A stretch of 64,000 nucleotides of DNA from Actinomycetota bacterium (lineage in GTDB: Bacteria; Actinomycetota; Acidimicrobiia; Acidimicrobiales; Ilumatobacteraceae), in assembly GCA_027731085.1 (NCBI GenBank), contig JAQCDG010000001.1, positions 5,179 to 69,178 on the forward strand, in the 5' to 3' direction. This document shows positions 51,529 to 61,300 of the stretch, one piece after another. Under the pieces are notes generated by a model. The model was not told the origin of the DNA. It saw only the letters and a list, made by a program, of their open reading frames with translations, and ran no database searches. Position 1 is the stretch's first letter. Each line of letters begins with the position of its first letter. The translations under genes and the position numbers were made by a program.

Positions 51529-52275
51529 CTACCCAACTTCTTGCATCAGTGATTCTGAAATATCAAAGTTTGCATAAACATCTTGCACATCGTCATTGTC
51601 ATCAAGTTCACTCATGATTTTCAAAATTGCTTTTGCCTCATCAGGATCGTTGATCGTCACCATGTTTGCCGAGAGCATCGTTGAAGTCGCCGAGCCAACA
51701 ATTATTTTTGCCGACTCAAGTGCGGCCTTCATTTCATAAACCTGGCTCGGGTCACAAGTGACGTGCCACATTTCTTCTTCTGCAGTGATGTCTTCGAGTC
51801 CGTGATCGAGACCAATCATCATCAGCTCTTCTTCGCTCGCCGACTTCGGCACGAGAATCACGCCCTTGCGTGAAAACTGCCAACCCACAGAACCGGGCGC
51901 AGCCATCGACCCACCTTGTTTTGAAAAAATAATGCGCACATCGGCGGCAGTTCGATTGCGATTGTCGGTGAGAATATCAATCAACATCGCCACACCTCCG
52001 GGCGCATACGCCTCATAAGTCACAGACTCATAAACTTTGCCATCGGTTTCTCCCATGCCACGCTTGATCGCTCGTTCAATTGCATCGTTGGTCATTGATG
52101 CCGCTTTGGCCTTGGCAACGACCGTGCGCAACGAAGCATTCGTAGAAACATCTCCACCGCCTTCGCGAGCGGCAACTTCTAGCAGACGCGAAAGTTTGGC
52201 AAAAGTTTTGCCTCGAACTTTGTCAATCGCAGCTTTCTTGTGTTTGATCGTTGCCCATTTAGAGTGACCAGACAT
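51529..52275 (-). CDS. yebC: YebC/PmpR-family DNA-binding regulator
   Basis: 248 aa starting MSGHSKWATIKHKKAAIDKVRGKTFAKL. Confidence 0.93.
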   Translation of the reverse strand: MSGHSKWATIKHKKAAIDKVRGKTFAKLSRLLEVAAREGGGDVSTNASLRTVVAKAKAASMTNDAIERAIKRGMGETDGKVYESVTYEAYAPGGVAMLIDILTDNRNRTAADVRIIFSKQGGSMAAPGSVGWQFSRKGVILVPKSASEEELMMIGLDHGLEDITAEEEMWHVTCDPSQVYEMKAALESAKIIVGSATSTMLSANMVTINDPDEAKAILKIMSELDDNDDVQDVYANFDISESLMQEVG

Positions 52276-52277
52276 TT

Positions 52278-52874
52278 TTAAATCTCCCTTACAAACAATT
52301 CATGAATTCGTTGATCAGGCGAAAGTTCTGGATGAAATGACGCAACTAAGACATTTTTTTGTCTTGCCAACACAATTTCAACGCCAAATTCTGCCAAGAC
52401 CTCGACACTCTGAGCCGCCTTCACGATACGTGGCGCCCGAATAAACACCGCGTGAAACGGCGTGTTAAAGCCGTCGACTTCAATCTCGGCTTCAAAGCTG
52501 TCGATCTGCCGCCCATAGGCATTGCGTTGCACGTCGATGTCAATGGCACCGAAAGAAACTTGGTCATCGCGCCCGTCGATAATCTCTTTTGCCAAAAGGA
52601 TCATCCCGGCGCAGGTGCCAAAAACTGGCATGCCTTCATGGATCAATTTCTTGATCGGTTCAAATAGTTCAGACGACTCAAGTAGTTGCGACATTGTTGT
52701 CGACTCACCACCAGGCATGACTAGCGCATCAACTGATGCCAAGTCTTCGGGTGTTCTTACTTCTTGCGTTGCGACATTTAATTCACCGAGCACTCTTGTA
52801 TGGCGATTAAAAGCGCCCTGCAGAGCTAAAACACCGACTACTTTCGTCGATTTAGATTGTGAAACTCGAACCAC
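52278..52874 (-). CDS. pdxT: pyridoxal 5'-phosphate synthase glutaminase subunit PdxT
   Basis: 198 aa with VGVLALQG, GTCAGMILL (Cys nucleophile) and SFHPEL. Confidence 0.93.
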   Translation of the reverse strand: MVRVSQSKSTKVVGVLALQGAFNRHTRVLGELNVATQEVRTPEDLASVDALVMPGGESTTMSQLLESSELFEPIKKLIHEGMPVFGTCAGMILLAKEIIDGRDDQVSFGAIDIDVQRNAYGRQIDSFEAEIEVDGFNTPFHAVFIRAPRIVKAAQSVEVLAEFGVEIVLARQKNVLVASFHPELSPDQRIHELFVREI

Positions 52875-52892
52875 CTGGAGGCCTCGAATCGC

Positions 52893-53801
52893 TCACCAGC
52901 CGCGCTCTGCATATCGTTGTTCGATCTTGTCCATGCCGATGCCGGTCATTGGCCCGCCAAGATTGCGACTTACCTTGGCGATTATTTCTGGATCACGAAA
53001 GTGTGTCGTCGCCTCGACGATGGCCTTGGCTCGCGGCGCCGGGTCATCACTCTTGAAAATGCCCGAACCGACAAACACGGCTTGTGCGCCTAGTTGCATC
53101 GCCAACGCGGCGTCGCTTGGCGTGGCAATGCCACCAGCACAAAACAACGGCACCTGTAACCAGCCCGTTTCGGCAATTTCTTGCACGAGCGGCAGTGGCG
53201 CTTGCAATCGCTTTGCCCACTCAAAAAGTTCTGCCGAGTCTGCTTGGGTAATTTTTCGAATGTCGCCGATTATCGAACGAAGGTGGCGAACTGCCTCGAC
53301 AATGTTGCCAGTGCCTGCTTCGCCCTTAGATCGAATCAAAGCGGCGCCTTCACTAATGCGACGCAACGCTTCACCAAGATTCGTCGCGCCACACACGAAA
53401 GGTATTGTGAACTTCAACTTGTCGATGTGATGAGCCTCATCGGCTGGCGTCAACACTTCGCTCTCGTCAATAAAGTCAACACCGAGCGACTCAAGAACCT
53501 GCGCTTCGACAAAATGACCGATGCGCGCTTTGGCCATCACTGGTATCGAACAAACCGCCTGAATGCCAGTAATCATTTCTGGGTCGCTCATTCGAGCAAC
53601 ACCACCGTCGCGACGAATATCTGCAGGCACACGCTCAAGCGCCATTACGGCACACGCGCCGGCATCTTCGGCGATCTTGGCTTGCTCAGCGTTGACAACA
53701 TCCATGATCACGCCGCCCTTGAGCATTTCTGCCAGGCCACGCTTTACGAGCATCGACCCAGTCGAAGTCTTGGCTGTGTTTTCGGTTTCGCGCTTCGCCA
53801 T
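52893..53801 (-). CDS. pdxS: pyridoxal 5'-phosphate synthase lyase subunit PdxS
   Basis: Has [42 protein letters not shown] and [14 protein letters not shown]. The ATG at 53801 (GAAAGG 8 nt upstream) is preferred over the TTG at 53816. Confidence 0.96.
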   Translation of the reverse strand: MAKRETENTAKTSTGSMLVKRGLAEMLKGGVIMDVVNAEQAKIAEDAGACAVMALERVPADIRRDGGVARMSDPEMITGIQAVCSIPVMAKARIGHFVEAQVLESLGVDFIDESEVLTPADEAHHIDKLKFTIPFVCGATNLGEALRRISEGAALIRSKGEAGTGNIVEAVRHLRSIIGDIRKITQADSAELFEWAKRLQAPLPLVQEIAETGWLQVPLFCAGGIATPSDAALAMQLGAQAVFVGSGIFKSDDPAPRAKAIVEATTHFRDPEIIAKVSRNLGGPMTGIGMDKIEQRYAERGW

Positions 53802-53865
53802 AAATAAACCTTTCAACTACTACGACTTATCGTAGCCACCGCGAACTGAGGTTCTCTAATAGTTC

Positions 53866-54954
53866 TTACGGATATGGAACGCTGGCGACATCAATTCCCG
53901 CAGGAATGTGCGCCGCCGACTTCATCCGTATCACTTCGACCCAAGTGCGCCCCGGTGTGAGCTTTATCACAGCACCTTTCGCATCTTTTAAGACGAATGG
54001 CTTGAGCGGATCATTTCGCTCCCACGAGCCTTGAATCAATGCGCCAGCTGTGTAAACCCAAACTTCTCCACTGCCGACAGACTTCGCAACAGGGCTCGAT
54101 CCAGTTTTGGTATAAACAACCGAAATAACTACGACGTTTGGTGCGTTGATACGAACATCTTGCATGTCGACATGCGGTTTGTCATCTTGCGAACGCACGA
54201 ACGTCAAAAGTTCGGGGCTCCACTCCCACATCACATCTACGCCATCCATCGAAATCTTCACTGCCCCCGCCGGTTTTGAATCTGTCGGCACAGCCTCGCC
54301 GTCTGCGCGATATTCAAACTGCGGCACCGGTGGCCTCGCATCTGCAGGTGCAAGCGTCCATAATTTTGATGTCTCAGCTACAAGATTGTGCGGCGCAACA
54401 CGACTTGACTCGCGTCTAAAACCGCCAGCCTCATTCGCGGCCGAATGACTTAGATCAACCATTGTTGATTTACGAATCGCCGAAGCAACTTGAGCGTTGC
54501 CACCACTCCACGCGAACAGTGGCTCGTTAAACGAGGCCAACAAATTGATGTCTTGTATCCGGCCACTACGAATCGGACCAACTGGGTCGCTGCCCTGCGA
54601 CTGAAACACGGCGGCAAAGCGAGTCAACTGCTCAACATTTTCTTCGAACACGATGTCGGCTTGATTCAAACCCCATTGCGGTCGCGACTTCGGATGGTTG
54701 TCGATCTTCACTACGAGCGCCGGGCGACCAATAACCGCCTCATCTGGTGCTTGCGCACCCGTCAACGGCGCTCGCACGATCGGAATCGTGGTCGTTGTCG
54801 TTGTCGACTCTGCAACTGTCGTCTCGGTGCTGTCACCTGCAACAGAATCAGCAGAGCTCTCTGTGCTCGTCGAGTCAGACGAACCACTGCAACTTGCAAC
54901 GAAAAGACCGACAACAAACAACGCAATTAGATTTCGTGACTTGCGATTACGCAT
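53866..54954 (-). CDS. DUF3048 (YerB-like) lipoprotein
   Basis: 362 aa with signal peptide and lipobox (LFVASC), an S/T-rich linker, then PLTG..PALVVKIDNHPKSRPQWGLNQADIVFEENVE.LTRFAAVF..VGPIRSGR. Confidence 0.75.
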   Translation of the reverse strand: MRNRKSRNLIALFVVGLFVASCSGSSDSTSTESSADSVAGDSTETTVAESTTTTTTIPIVRAPLTGAQAPDEAVIGRPALVVKIDNHPKSRPQWGLNQADIVFEENVEQLTRFAAVFQSQGSDPVGPIRSGRIQDINLLASFNEPLFAWSGGNAQVASAIRKSTMVDLSHSAANEAGGFRRESSRVAPHNLVAETSKLWTLAPADARPPVPQFEYRADGEAVPTDSKPAGAVKISMDGVDVMWEWSPELLTFVRSQDDKPHVDMQDVRINAPNVVVISVVYTKTGSSPVAKSVGSGEVWVYTAGALIQGSWERNDPLKPFVLKDAKGAVIKLTPGRTWVEVIRMKSAAHIPAGIDVASVPYP

Positions 54955-54957
54955 TTT

Positions 54958-55863
54958 TTACATCTCCCTCAAGAGTGCTATTCGCTCAGAGAGCGGTGGG
55001 TGGGTATTAAATAGTTTATGAAATCCACCTAGCCTGCCTGCGTCATTCACCCCCGACAAAGGCTGCTCAAGCCACATATGGGCCGTTGCCATACTGGCTG
55101 AATGCGTCACCGTGCTATCTGCTTGAAGTTTTTCTAGTGCGGATATCAAACCCGGCGGATATCTAGTCATCTGACATGCCGAAACGTCGGCCAAAGTTTC
55201 GCGGCGGCGACTCACACTTGCTTGCATTATGCGGGCAATGATTGGCGCGATTATCAGCAAAGCAAAGCCAATTAGCGCCAGCGGATTGCTCGAGTTCTGA
55301 CGATCAGACGAGCGACTTACTCGCCCACCATTCCACCACATCATACGAATCGCCAGATCAGTCAAAATTGCGATGGTGCCCACGAGCGTCACCGCCAAAG
55401 TCGCAACCAAAATATCGTAATTCTTGATGTGTGAAAGTTCGTGGGCCAACACGCCTTCAAGTTCGACTCGATCAAGTTTCTCAAGCAAGCCACTCGTCAC
55501 GGCGATAGCCGCATGCTTTGGATTACGACCCGTGGCAAAAGCATTCGGCGCGGGATCATTAATCACATAGACACGCGGCTTTGGCAAACCACCAGCAATG
55601 CACAGACCTTCAACCAAGTTGTGCAACCTCTTGTAAGTCTGCTCATCGGCTGGTTGGGCACGGCTGATTCGCAATGCAATCGCGTCAGACTTCCAATAAG
55701 AAGTGAACGCCATCACCGCAGAAATAATCATCGCGATCGAAGTGCCAAAAATCGGGTTTCCAGAAACTTGGCCGGCTGCAGCACCCGCGGCAACCACTAG
55801 CACGACAAAACCCAGCAGCAAAAAAACTGAGCGTCGTTTGTTTGAAGAAATTAAATCGTGCAT
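54958..55863 (-). CDS. htpX: M48-family zinc metalloprotease HtpX
   Basis: 301 aa with TM segments, the HELSHIKNYD zinc motif and C-terminal THPPLSERI. Confidence 0.9.
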   Translation of the reverse strand: MHDLISSNKRRSVFLLLGFVVLVVAAGAAAGQVSGNPIFGTSIAMIISAVMAFTSYWKSDAIALRISRAQPADEQTYKRLHNLVEGLCIAGGLPKPRVYVINDPAPNAFATGRNPKHAAIAVTSGLLEKLDRVELEGVLAHELSHIKNYDILVATLAVTLVGTIAILTDLAIRMMWWNGGRVSRSSDRQNSSNPLALIGFALLIIAPIIARIMQASVSRRRETLADVSACQMTRYPPGLISALEKLQADSTVTHSASMATAHMWLEQPLSGVNDAGRLGGFHKLFNTHPPLSERIALLREM

Positions 55864-55878
55864 AAATAAACAGACGCC

Positions 55879-56430
55879 TTAAAACTGCACCTTCGGCGCG
55901 GTTTTTTCAGCATCGGTCGCTTCAAAAAATTCGCTCTCTTTGAACTTGAACAGTGACGCGAAAATCACGCTCGGAAACGAATGCACCGCGTTGTTGTAAC
56001 TCAATACTGCATCGTTGTAAAACTGCCGTGCATAGGCAATTCGACTTTCTGTGTTGCTCAGCTCTTCTTGCAAACTCAAAAAACTTGCATTGGCTTTGAG
56101 ATCCGGATAAGACTCAGACAAAGCGAACAGCTGTCGCAATGCCCCCGACAAGGCGTTATCGGCACCTGCTTGACCTGCAACCGTGCTCGGTGCCGACATC
56201 GCCACATTTCGTGCAGCAATGACCTGTTGCAAAGTCTTCTGTTCGAAGTCTGCATAACCCTTGACGGTCTCAACAAGATTCGGTATCAACTCGATTCGGC
56301 GCTTCAACTGCACATCAATTTGCGACCAAGCATTTTTCACTCGATTTCGTCGTTGCACCAAAGAGTTATACGACAATGCAACAAAACCACCCAGAACAAC
56401 GACCACAACAAGCCAAATCAACGACGACAT
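55879..56430 (-). CDS. lemA: LemA family protein
   Basis: 183 aa with N-terminal TM, YNSLVQRRNRVKNAWSQIDVQLKRR and RQFYNDAVLSYNN. Confidence 0.88.
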   Translation of the reverse strand: MSSLIWLVVVVVLGGFVALSYNSLVQRRNRVKNAWSQIDVQLKRRIELIPNLVETVKGYADFEQKTLQQVIAARNVAMSAPSTVAGQAGADNALSGALRQLFALSESYPDLKANASFLSLQEELSNTESRIAYARQFYNDAVLSYNNAVHSFPSVIFASLFKFKESEFFEATDAEKTAPKVQF

Positions 56431-56477
56431 ATAACCTCTCGCTTTCTTTTCGGGGTAAGAGTTATTCTACTACTCGA

Positions 56478-57638
56478 CTACAACTGCTGGGGTTTGCGCA
56501 ACAGGCGATCTGAGAACATTCGCACGACGCGACTTTTTGGATGATGATCTGGATTAAAACTCTCGCGCTCCAAGACTTTGTGATAAATCTCGACATAGAT
56601 TTCAGCAAGATGGCGCATCGAGAGATCTTTCGCTCGCTCGAGACCAGCCTGCCGCAGCCGCTCAGCCAATTGCTCGTCGGCGATAATTTTCGCCAAACCC
56701 TCGACTAGCCCATTGACGTCGCCTGGTTCTACTAGCCAACCGTTGACGTCGTGCGTGGCGACATTTCGATAACCCTCAAGCGAACTCGCCACTACTGGCG
56801 CACCACTGGCCATGGCTTCAAGCACGACGATGCCGAACGATTCGCTATGCAAGCTCGGTGCGCAAAACACCGAACACTTTGCAAGCCGTTCAATTTTTTC
56901 GGCGTCAGTAATGCGCCCCAACCATGAAATACGACTGTCGTGCACATATTTGGCTTTGAGTTCGCCGATGCCTTCACCGTCTGATGCCACCCAAAGCTCG
57001 ATGTCGTCGGCAAGTTTCTCGAAGGCCTCGAGCAAGGTCGCCAGACCTTTGCGCGGCTCGTATCTGCCGCAAAAGAAAACTGATTTTCTTTCCCCCCGTA
57101 AAATTTCAGGACGCAAATATAAATCACTCTCGATGCCGTTAAACAAAATTTCATATTCGCCACCCAAATATCGATGCGCAAGTTCGCGCGCTTGCGGCGA
57201 TACCGCAACGCGTGCATCCAAAAAATCTGCAATCCAGTTAACGCCTTTGCTCAGTCGCCCGTACCAAGCGATATCGCCTGCAGCGTGAAAAGTGCCGACC
57301 ATCGGCGCCAACCGCAATAAAAGTGCCGTCACCGTCGGCCCGGGAGCAATCGGCTCATGCAAATGCAACACATCAAATGCTTCGTCGTTGATCGCGCGAA
57401 TTGTGCGCAGTGCCGCCGACGGGTCTGGTGCAAGTGGCACGATAGAGCCGTTGGCCGCGGTCGGCAAACTATTGCCAAGTGGTGTCACAAATGGTTCTGG
57501 CGGTGGCCCATCGCAGGGTCCAAGAACCCGTGCTTCATGTCCCATTTTGCGCAACTCGCGTGCCAGACCCAAAACTTGGGCTTGAACTCCACCAGGAATC
57601 GTCAAACTATATGGAGAAATCAAACCGATGCGCAACAT
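56478..57638 (-). CDS. pimA: GT4 glycosyltransferase, phosphatidylinositol alpha-mannosyltransferase (PimA-like)
   Basis: Starts MLRIGLISPYSLTIPGGVQAQVLGLARELRKMGHEARVL. Has the C-terminal GT-B motif ESFGIVVLEAMASGAPVVAS and sits in the conserved operon context. The ORF-track start at 57767 would run into the divergent LLM gene. Confidence 0.85.
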   Translation of the reverse strand: MLRIGLISPYSLTIPGGVQAQVLGLARELRKMGHEARVLGPCDGPPPEPFVTPLGNSLPTAANGSIVPLAPDPSAALRTIRAINDEAFDVLHLHEPIAPGPTVTALLLRLAPMVGTFHAAGDIAWYGRLSKGVNWIADFLDARVAVSPQARELAHRYLGGEYEILFNGIESDLYLRPEILRGERKSVFFCGRYEPRKGLATLLEAFEKLADDIELWVASDGEGIGELKAKYVHDSRISWLGRITDAEKIERLAKCSVFCAPSLHSESFGIVVLEAMASGAPVVASSLEGYRNVATHDVNGWLVEPGDVNGLVEGLAKIIADEQLAERLRQAGLERAKDLSMRHLAEIYVEIYHKVLERESFNPDHHPKSRVVRMFSDRLLRKPQQL

Positions 57639-57730
57639 TTTTTTGCGCACATAGCTAGTGCCGAAATTCAAACTTTTGCTCGCATCATTCACGGCAACTA
57701 CGGTACGACCATTGCGACTAGTTTTATCGC

Positions 57731-58654
57731 ATGGTTTCGCCTGAGATTTTTCGACCAGCAGTTTCAATGGTTGCTCCGGCCAAAAAACGCCTAGCCATAC
57801 TCGATCTTGCTCGTCGCGCCGAAGAACTTAATTTTGCTGGCATCGCCTGCCCAAGTCTCGGCGCAACAATCGGTTTGTGCGTCTCACTGGCTCACTCGAC
57901 AAACGTGATCAAATTTTGGACGTCGATTCAACCGATTTATTACAGTCATGCGATCGAAATGGCAAACACCGCCGCACACATTCACGAAATTTCAAACGGT
58001 CGATTTGGTCTTGGTTTGGGCGTTAGTCACGGTCCCGTTATCAATCGTCTGGGCGCCACTACCGCTACTCCACTTGCCGACATCAGAAATTATCTTGAGA
58101 CGATGAAAGCTCAAGAGCGATTTTCCGGCGATCTTCCACCAATATATTTAGCGGCATTGCGCAACAAGATGTTGCAACTAGCAAGCGATATTTCAGACGG
58201 CGCAATCTGGGCAAATGCTTCGCGCAAGAATATCGCGTTACAACTCGCACTTCTTCCCGAGTCACGACGCAGCGAAATGTTTCTTGCCAACATGATTCCT
58301 ACTGTCATTAGTGACGACCTCGAAGCAGCTCGTGCGATTCATCGCAAAACACTCGTCGGTTATGTCACGCTGCCCAACTACCGCAACTATTGGCGAGCGT
58401 GCGGACATCACGAGCAAATTGACGCGTTCGAAACGATTTTGACCGAATCAGCCAAAGAATCGCGCAACGCAGAGATTATTTCTGCGATGGACAACGAGTG
58501 GCTTGACGACTGCACTCTTTCGGGCGACGCCGACACCGTTCGCGAAAATCTTTACGATTGGTCACAGTTGGGCGTCTTGCCGATCGCCGTTATGTCGTCG
58601 ACTTCAGGTGGACAAGCTCAGGCCATCGGTCAGTTGTTTGAGGCTTTTAGCTGA
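57731..58654 (+). CDS. luciferase-like monooxygenase (LLM) family flavin/F420-dependent oxidoreductase
   Basis: About 296-307 aa with LARRAEELNFAGI, GRFGLGLGVSHGPV and PIYLAALRNKMLQLA. The start is ATG 57731 or ATG 57767; a TAG at 57719-57721 caps the frame. The 3' end overlaps the convergent acyltransferase gene by 8 nt. Confidence 0.75.
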   Translation: MVSPEIFRPAVSMVAPAKKRLAILDLARRAEELNFAGIACPSLGATIGLCVSLAHSTNVIKFWTSIQPIYYSHAIEMANTAAHIHEISNGRFGLGLGVSHGPVINRLGATTATPLADIRNYLETMKAQERFSGDLPPIYLAALRNKMLQLASDISDGAIWANASRKNIALQLALLPESRRSEMFLANMIPTVISDDLEAARAIHRKTLVGYVTLPNYRNYWRACGHHEQIDAFETILTESAKESRNAEIISAMDNEWLDDCTLSGDADTVRENLYDWSQLGVLPIAVMSSTSGGQAQAIGQLFEAFS

Positions 58655-59582
58655 CTTTCTCTAGTTCTAATTTGTCGCTAGGCCAATTCGGTTGAAACAA
58701 ATGCCACTGCTCTGGCGCACGACGAATTAGATATTCAAGTTCTTTCACCAGAGCCTGAGATATTTCGCTCATGTCGCCGCGCAATGAGCCAGTTCGAGCA
58801 ACATTGATCGGCGGTCGCACGATCGTTTCATGTTGATCAAGATCGTCTCCAAAATATGTTCCGAGGGGCAATAGCGTCGCGCCTGTGCGTAACGCAAAAA
58901 ATGCTGGCCCTGCTGGCACTGTTGTTCGCTCACCGAAGAATTCAACTTCGATGCCATTGCCCTGCAGATCACGATCGCATAACAGTGCGATGATTTGGTT
59001 TTTTGCCAGTGCTTCTTGCACAGCCACACCTGCGTTTTCATCTAGCGGGATAACGCTCACCCCATAACTCCTGCGCAGTTCTAAGAATAATTCAAACAGC
59101 GCTTGCGATTCAAGTTTTTCAACGACGGCGTGCAAATTATGTCCTTGATGAATCAACCAACGACCCGACCACTCCCAGCCACCCAGGTGCGGCAAAGCCA
59201 AGATCACACCCTTGCCGAGATCCAATCCATTTTTGATGTGTTCAAAACCAGACACCGAGATCTTTGCATCAATCGCTTTTTTATCGAGCCCCGGCAGACG
59301 AAAAGTCTCAACAAAATAACGAGCATAACTTTGATACGACATGCGCACGGTTCGCCGCAGTTGCCGACCTCGCAAATCTGGGTTCACCCGTCTTATATTG
59401 CGGGCAACAATGTTTCGCTGCTTGCGCATGAACACGCAGACGATCGGCACGAGCACCGCACTGATGCGGGCCACAACATCTGGAGCCACAAACTTCGTCA
59501 ATCGGCTGAAAAATTTGTATGCGAAAATTAATAGTGCGTCAGCGCGCGAAACAGTTGCTTGTGACTGGTTATTACTCGTCAC
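58647..59582 (-). CDS. lipid A biosynthesis (HtrB/LpxL)-family acyltransferase, PIM acyltransferase (PatA-like)
   Basis: 311 aa with LALPHLGGWEW and a position between pgsA and pimA, as in the mycobacterial PIM operon. 4-nt overlap with pgsA. Confidence 0.8.
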   Translation of the reverse strand: MTSNNQSQATVSRADALLIFAYKFFSRLTKFVAPDVVARISAVLVPIVCVFMRKQRNIVARNIRRVNPDLRGRQLRRTVRMSYQSYARYFVETFRLPGLDKKAIDAKISVSGFEHIKNGLDLGKGVILALPHLGGWEWSGRWLIHQGHNLHAVVEKLESQALFELFLELRRSYGVSVIPLDENAGVAVQEALAKNQIIALLCDRDLQGNGIEVEFFGERTTVPAGPAFFALRTGATLLPLGTYFGDDLDQHETIVRPPINVARTGSLRGDMSEISQALVKELEYLIRRAPEQWHLFQPNWPSDKLELEKVS

Positions 59583-60268
59583 TGCACGCGACGACGTCGA
59601 GTCACCCGCAGTCGACGGTCGTCACGCTGGGCTCGACGAGAGGCTCGTCGTGACTGACGCAATGCAACTCGATCTGCAGTTGCTGGCGCCACGGCGGCTT
59701 GATTCCAGACTTTGAAAAATCTTTGAACAGCCGTCATCGTGACTAACACCAGCATCAGCACCATCGCCCAGAACAACAGTGAGTCAAACAACAAACCCAC
59801 ACAAAGCAAAATAATTCGCTCTGCTCGCTCCATCAGCCCACCCTTGGCATTTAAACCGAGTGACTCAGCCTTGGCCCGCTGATAAGAAATCAGCGAAGAA
59901 ACGGCCATTACGGCAAACACCAAAACCGATGCGTAGGCTCCTCGTTGATAACCCAAGAACCAAGCAACACCGCCAAGCAACACCGCGTCGGTAACTCGGT
60001 CAATCGTCGAGTCGAAGAAAGCACCTCGTTGGCTGCTTTGGTTCGAGGCTTTTGCCAAGGCACCATCCAACAAGTCAGGCACTGCCGCAAGCACGACCAA
60101 TAACAAGCCAAGGCGCAAAGTACCAAGACCAATTGCGACTGCCGCCCCAAACGAAGCAAACAGGCCAAGCAAAGTCAAGTGATCTGGCGAAATTTTGGTC
60201 TTGCGAAGTTGCTCGCCGACAGGTCGAACAACACGCTCTACTTGGTGGCGAAATCTGCCATCGAACAT
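59579..60268 (-). CDS. pgsA: CDP-alcohol phosphatidyltransferase, phosphatidylinositol(-phosphate) synthase type
   Basis: 229 aa with DLLDGALAKASNQSSQRGAFFDSTIDRVTD (the D-G-x2-A-R..G..D-x3-D family motif) and multiple TM segments. Confidence 0.85.
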   Translation of the reverse strand: MFDGRFRHQVERVVRPVGEQLRKTKISPDHLTLLGLFASFGAAVAIGLGTLRLGLLLVVLAAVPDLLDGALAKASNQSSQRGAFFDSTIDRVTDAVLLGGVAWFLGYQRGAYASVLVFAVMAVSSLISYQRAKAESLGLNAKGGLMERAERIILLCVGLLFDSLLFWAMVLMLVLVTMTAVQRFFKVWNQAAVAPATADRVALRQSRRASRRAQRDDRRLRVTRRRRVQ

Positions 60269-60277
60269 CGTTACAGC

Positions 60278-60775
60278 CTAACCCTCGGGATTTGATTCAA
60301 CTAAACACTCGACAATTCGTGCATCAATAGCATCGACCAAAACAAGTCCGCGTTGCAATGGCGGATCTTGAGCGCTGTAACACATAACTCTCCAAGTTGG
60401 CCGACTACGAAACCCTCGCCAAACTTGTTGCGCCGATGCGTGGCCAACCGCAAAACCAACTGCCCGTGTTGCATGCACGAGAGCTAGCTTTTCGTCAACG
60501 GTCATGCGCCATGACGCTGATAACGAGAACAAACCGACAACAGTCAACAAGATCGCTGCGACGAGAAAACCGTCGCTAACGAGCGCTGATTTAGCGTCCT
60601 GCTGCGAAAACCACAGACCAAAACACGCGGCGGCAATAACTATATAAATCACGCCGGGTATTCGTCGCCGACTGTTGTTAGGAAACTTGTATGGGCCAAC
60701 GAATGCAGTGACATTCAAGTCGGCTGGCAACTCATCGCGAATCTCGTTTGGCGAATCAGACATCTTTGTGTGCAC
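60278..60775 (-). CDS. two-TM membrane protein, function unknown
   Basis: 161-165 aa (GTG 60775 abutting the HIT stop, or ATG 60763). Has two hydrophobic segments (VIYIVIAAACFGLWF, FLVAAILLTVVGLFSL). I recognise no family. Confidence 0.5.
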   Translation of the reverse strand: MHTKMSDSPNEIRDELPADLNVTAFVGPYKFPNNSRRRIPGVIYIVIAAACFGLWFSQQDAKSALVSDGFLVAAILLTVVGLFSLSASWRMTVDEKLALVHATRAVGFAVGHASAQQVWRGFRSRPTWRVMCYSAQDPPLQRGLVLVDAIDARIVECLVESNPEG

Positions 60776-61282
60776 TCATTTCTGAAGTGCCCAAGCTTTT
60801 CTAACTCGCTCGGCACTTACATCAAGCGCTTCTGGCAAAATTTTGGTGTTGGCAGTTGCCACCATGAAATTCGTATCGCCACCCCATCTACCCACAATGT
60901 GCACATGCAAATGCTGAGCAATGCTTCCGCCGGCGGCTGCGCCGAGGTTGATGCCCACATTCATCGCTTCTGGACTATAGACAGCCTTCAAAACTTTGAC
61001 CGCATTCGTTACGGTCGCCCAAAGTTCAGACGTCTCAACTTGAGTTAGATCTTCAAGTTCGGCAATCTCTCTGTACGGCACAACCAAAAGATGACCCGAT
61101 GTATATGGAAAGACATTCATGATCGCAAACACTTTGTCACCACGATAAACAATGTAACTCTGCTCATCGGTCAAGTTGCTATTTAAAATCTCCGTAAAAA
61201 TTGAGTGTTCTGATTTCTTTTGCGCACCCTGGCCATGCACGACATAATCGGCTCGCCAACCATTCCACAGTCTCTCTAGCAC
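60776..61282 (-). CDS. HIT-family nucleotide hydrolase/phosphorylase
   Basis: 168 aa with the histidine triad QHLHVHIVGRW. It occupies the conserved slot downstream of thrS. Confidence 0.88.
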   Translation of the reverse strand: MLERLWNGWRADYVVHGQGAQKKSEHSIFTEILNSNLTDEQSYIVYRGDKVFAIMNVFPYTSGHLLVVPYREIAELEDLTQVETSELWATVTNAVKVLKAVYSPEAMNVGINLGAAAGGSIAQHLHVHIVGRWGGDTNFMVATANTKILPEALDVSAERVRKAWALQK

Positions 61283-61300
61283 GACTTACTCTTCAGACGC

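Noticed and set aside
52522-53430. 302-aa plus-strand ORF antisense to pdxT and pdxS. Similar cases: 10963..11739 (258 aa, antisense to fmt/def), 2348..3001, 6455..7078 and 35076..35711.
   Set aside because: These are shadow ORFs. pdxT and pdxS are in the same frame. In the antisense frame concerned, stops arise only opposite Tyr/His/Gln codons preceded by a pyrimidine-ending codon, so long open stretches are expected. The translations are low-complexity (S/A/P/T/R-rich) with no recognisable motifs, and the sense-strand genes are unambiguous.
57650-57664. gcacatagctagtgc near the pimA start, as a possible palindromic operator in the pimA/LLM divergent region.
   Set aside because: Only the outer 4 bp pair. 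The inner TAGCTA palindrome is off-centre relative to them, so it is not a true dyad.
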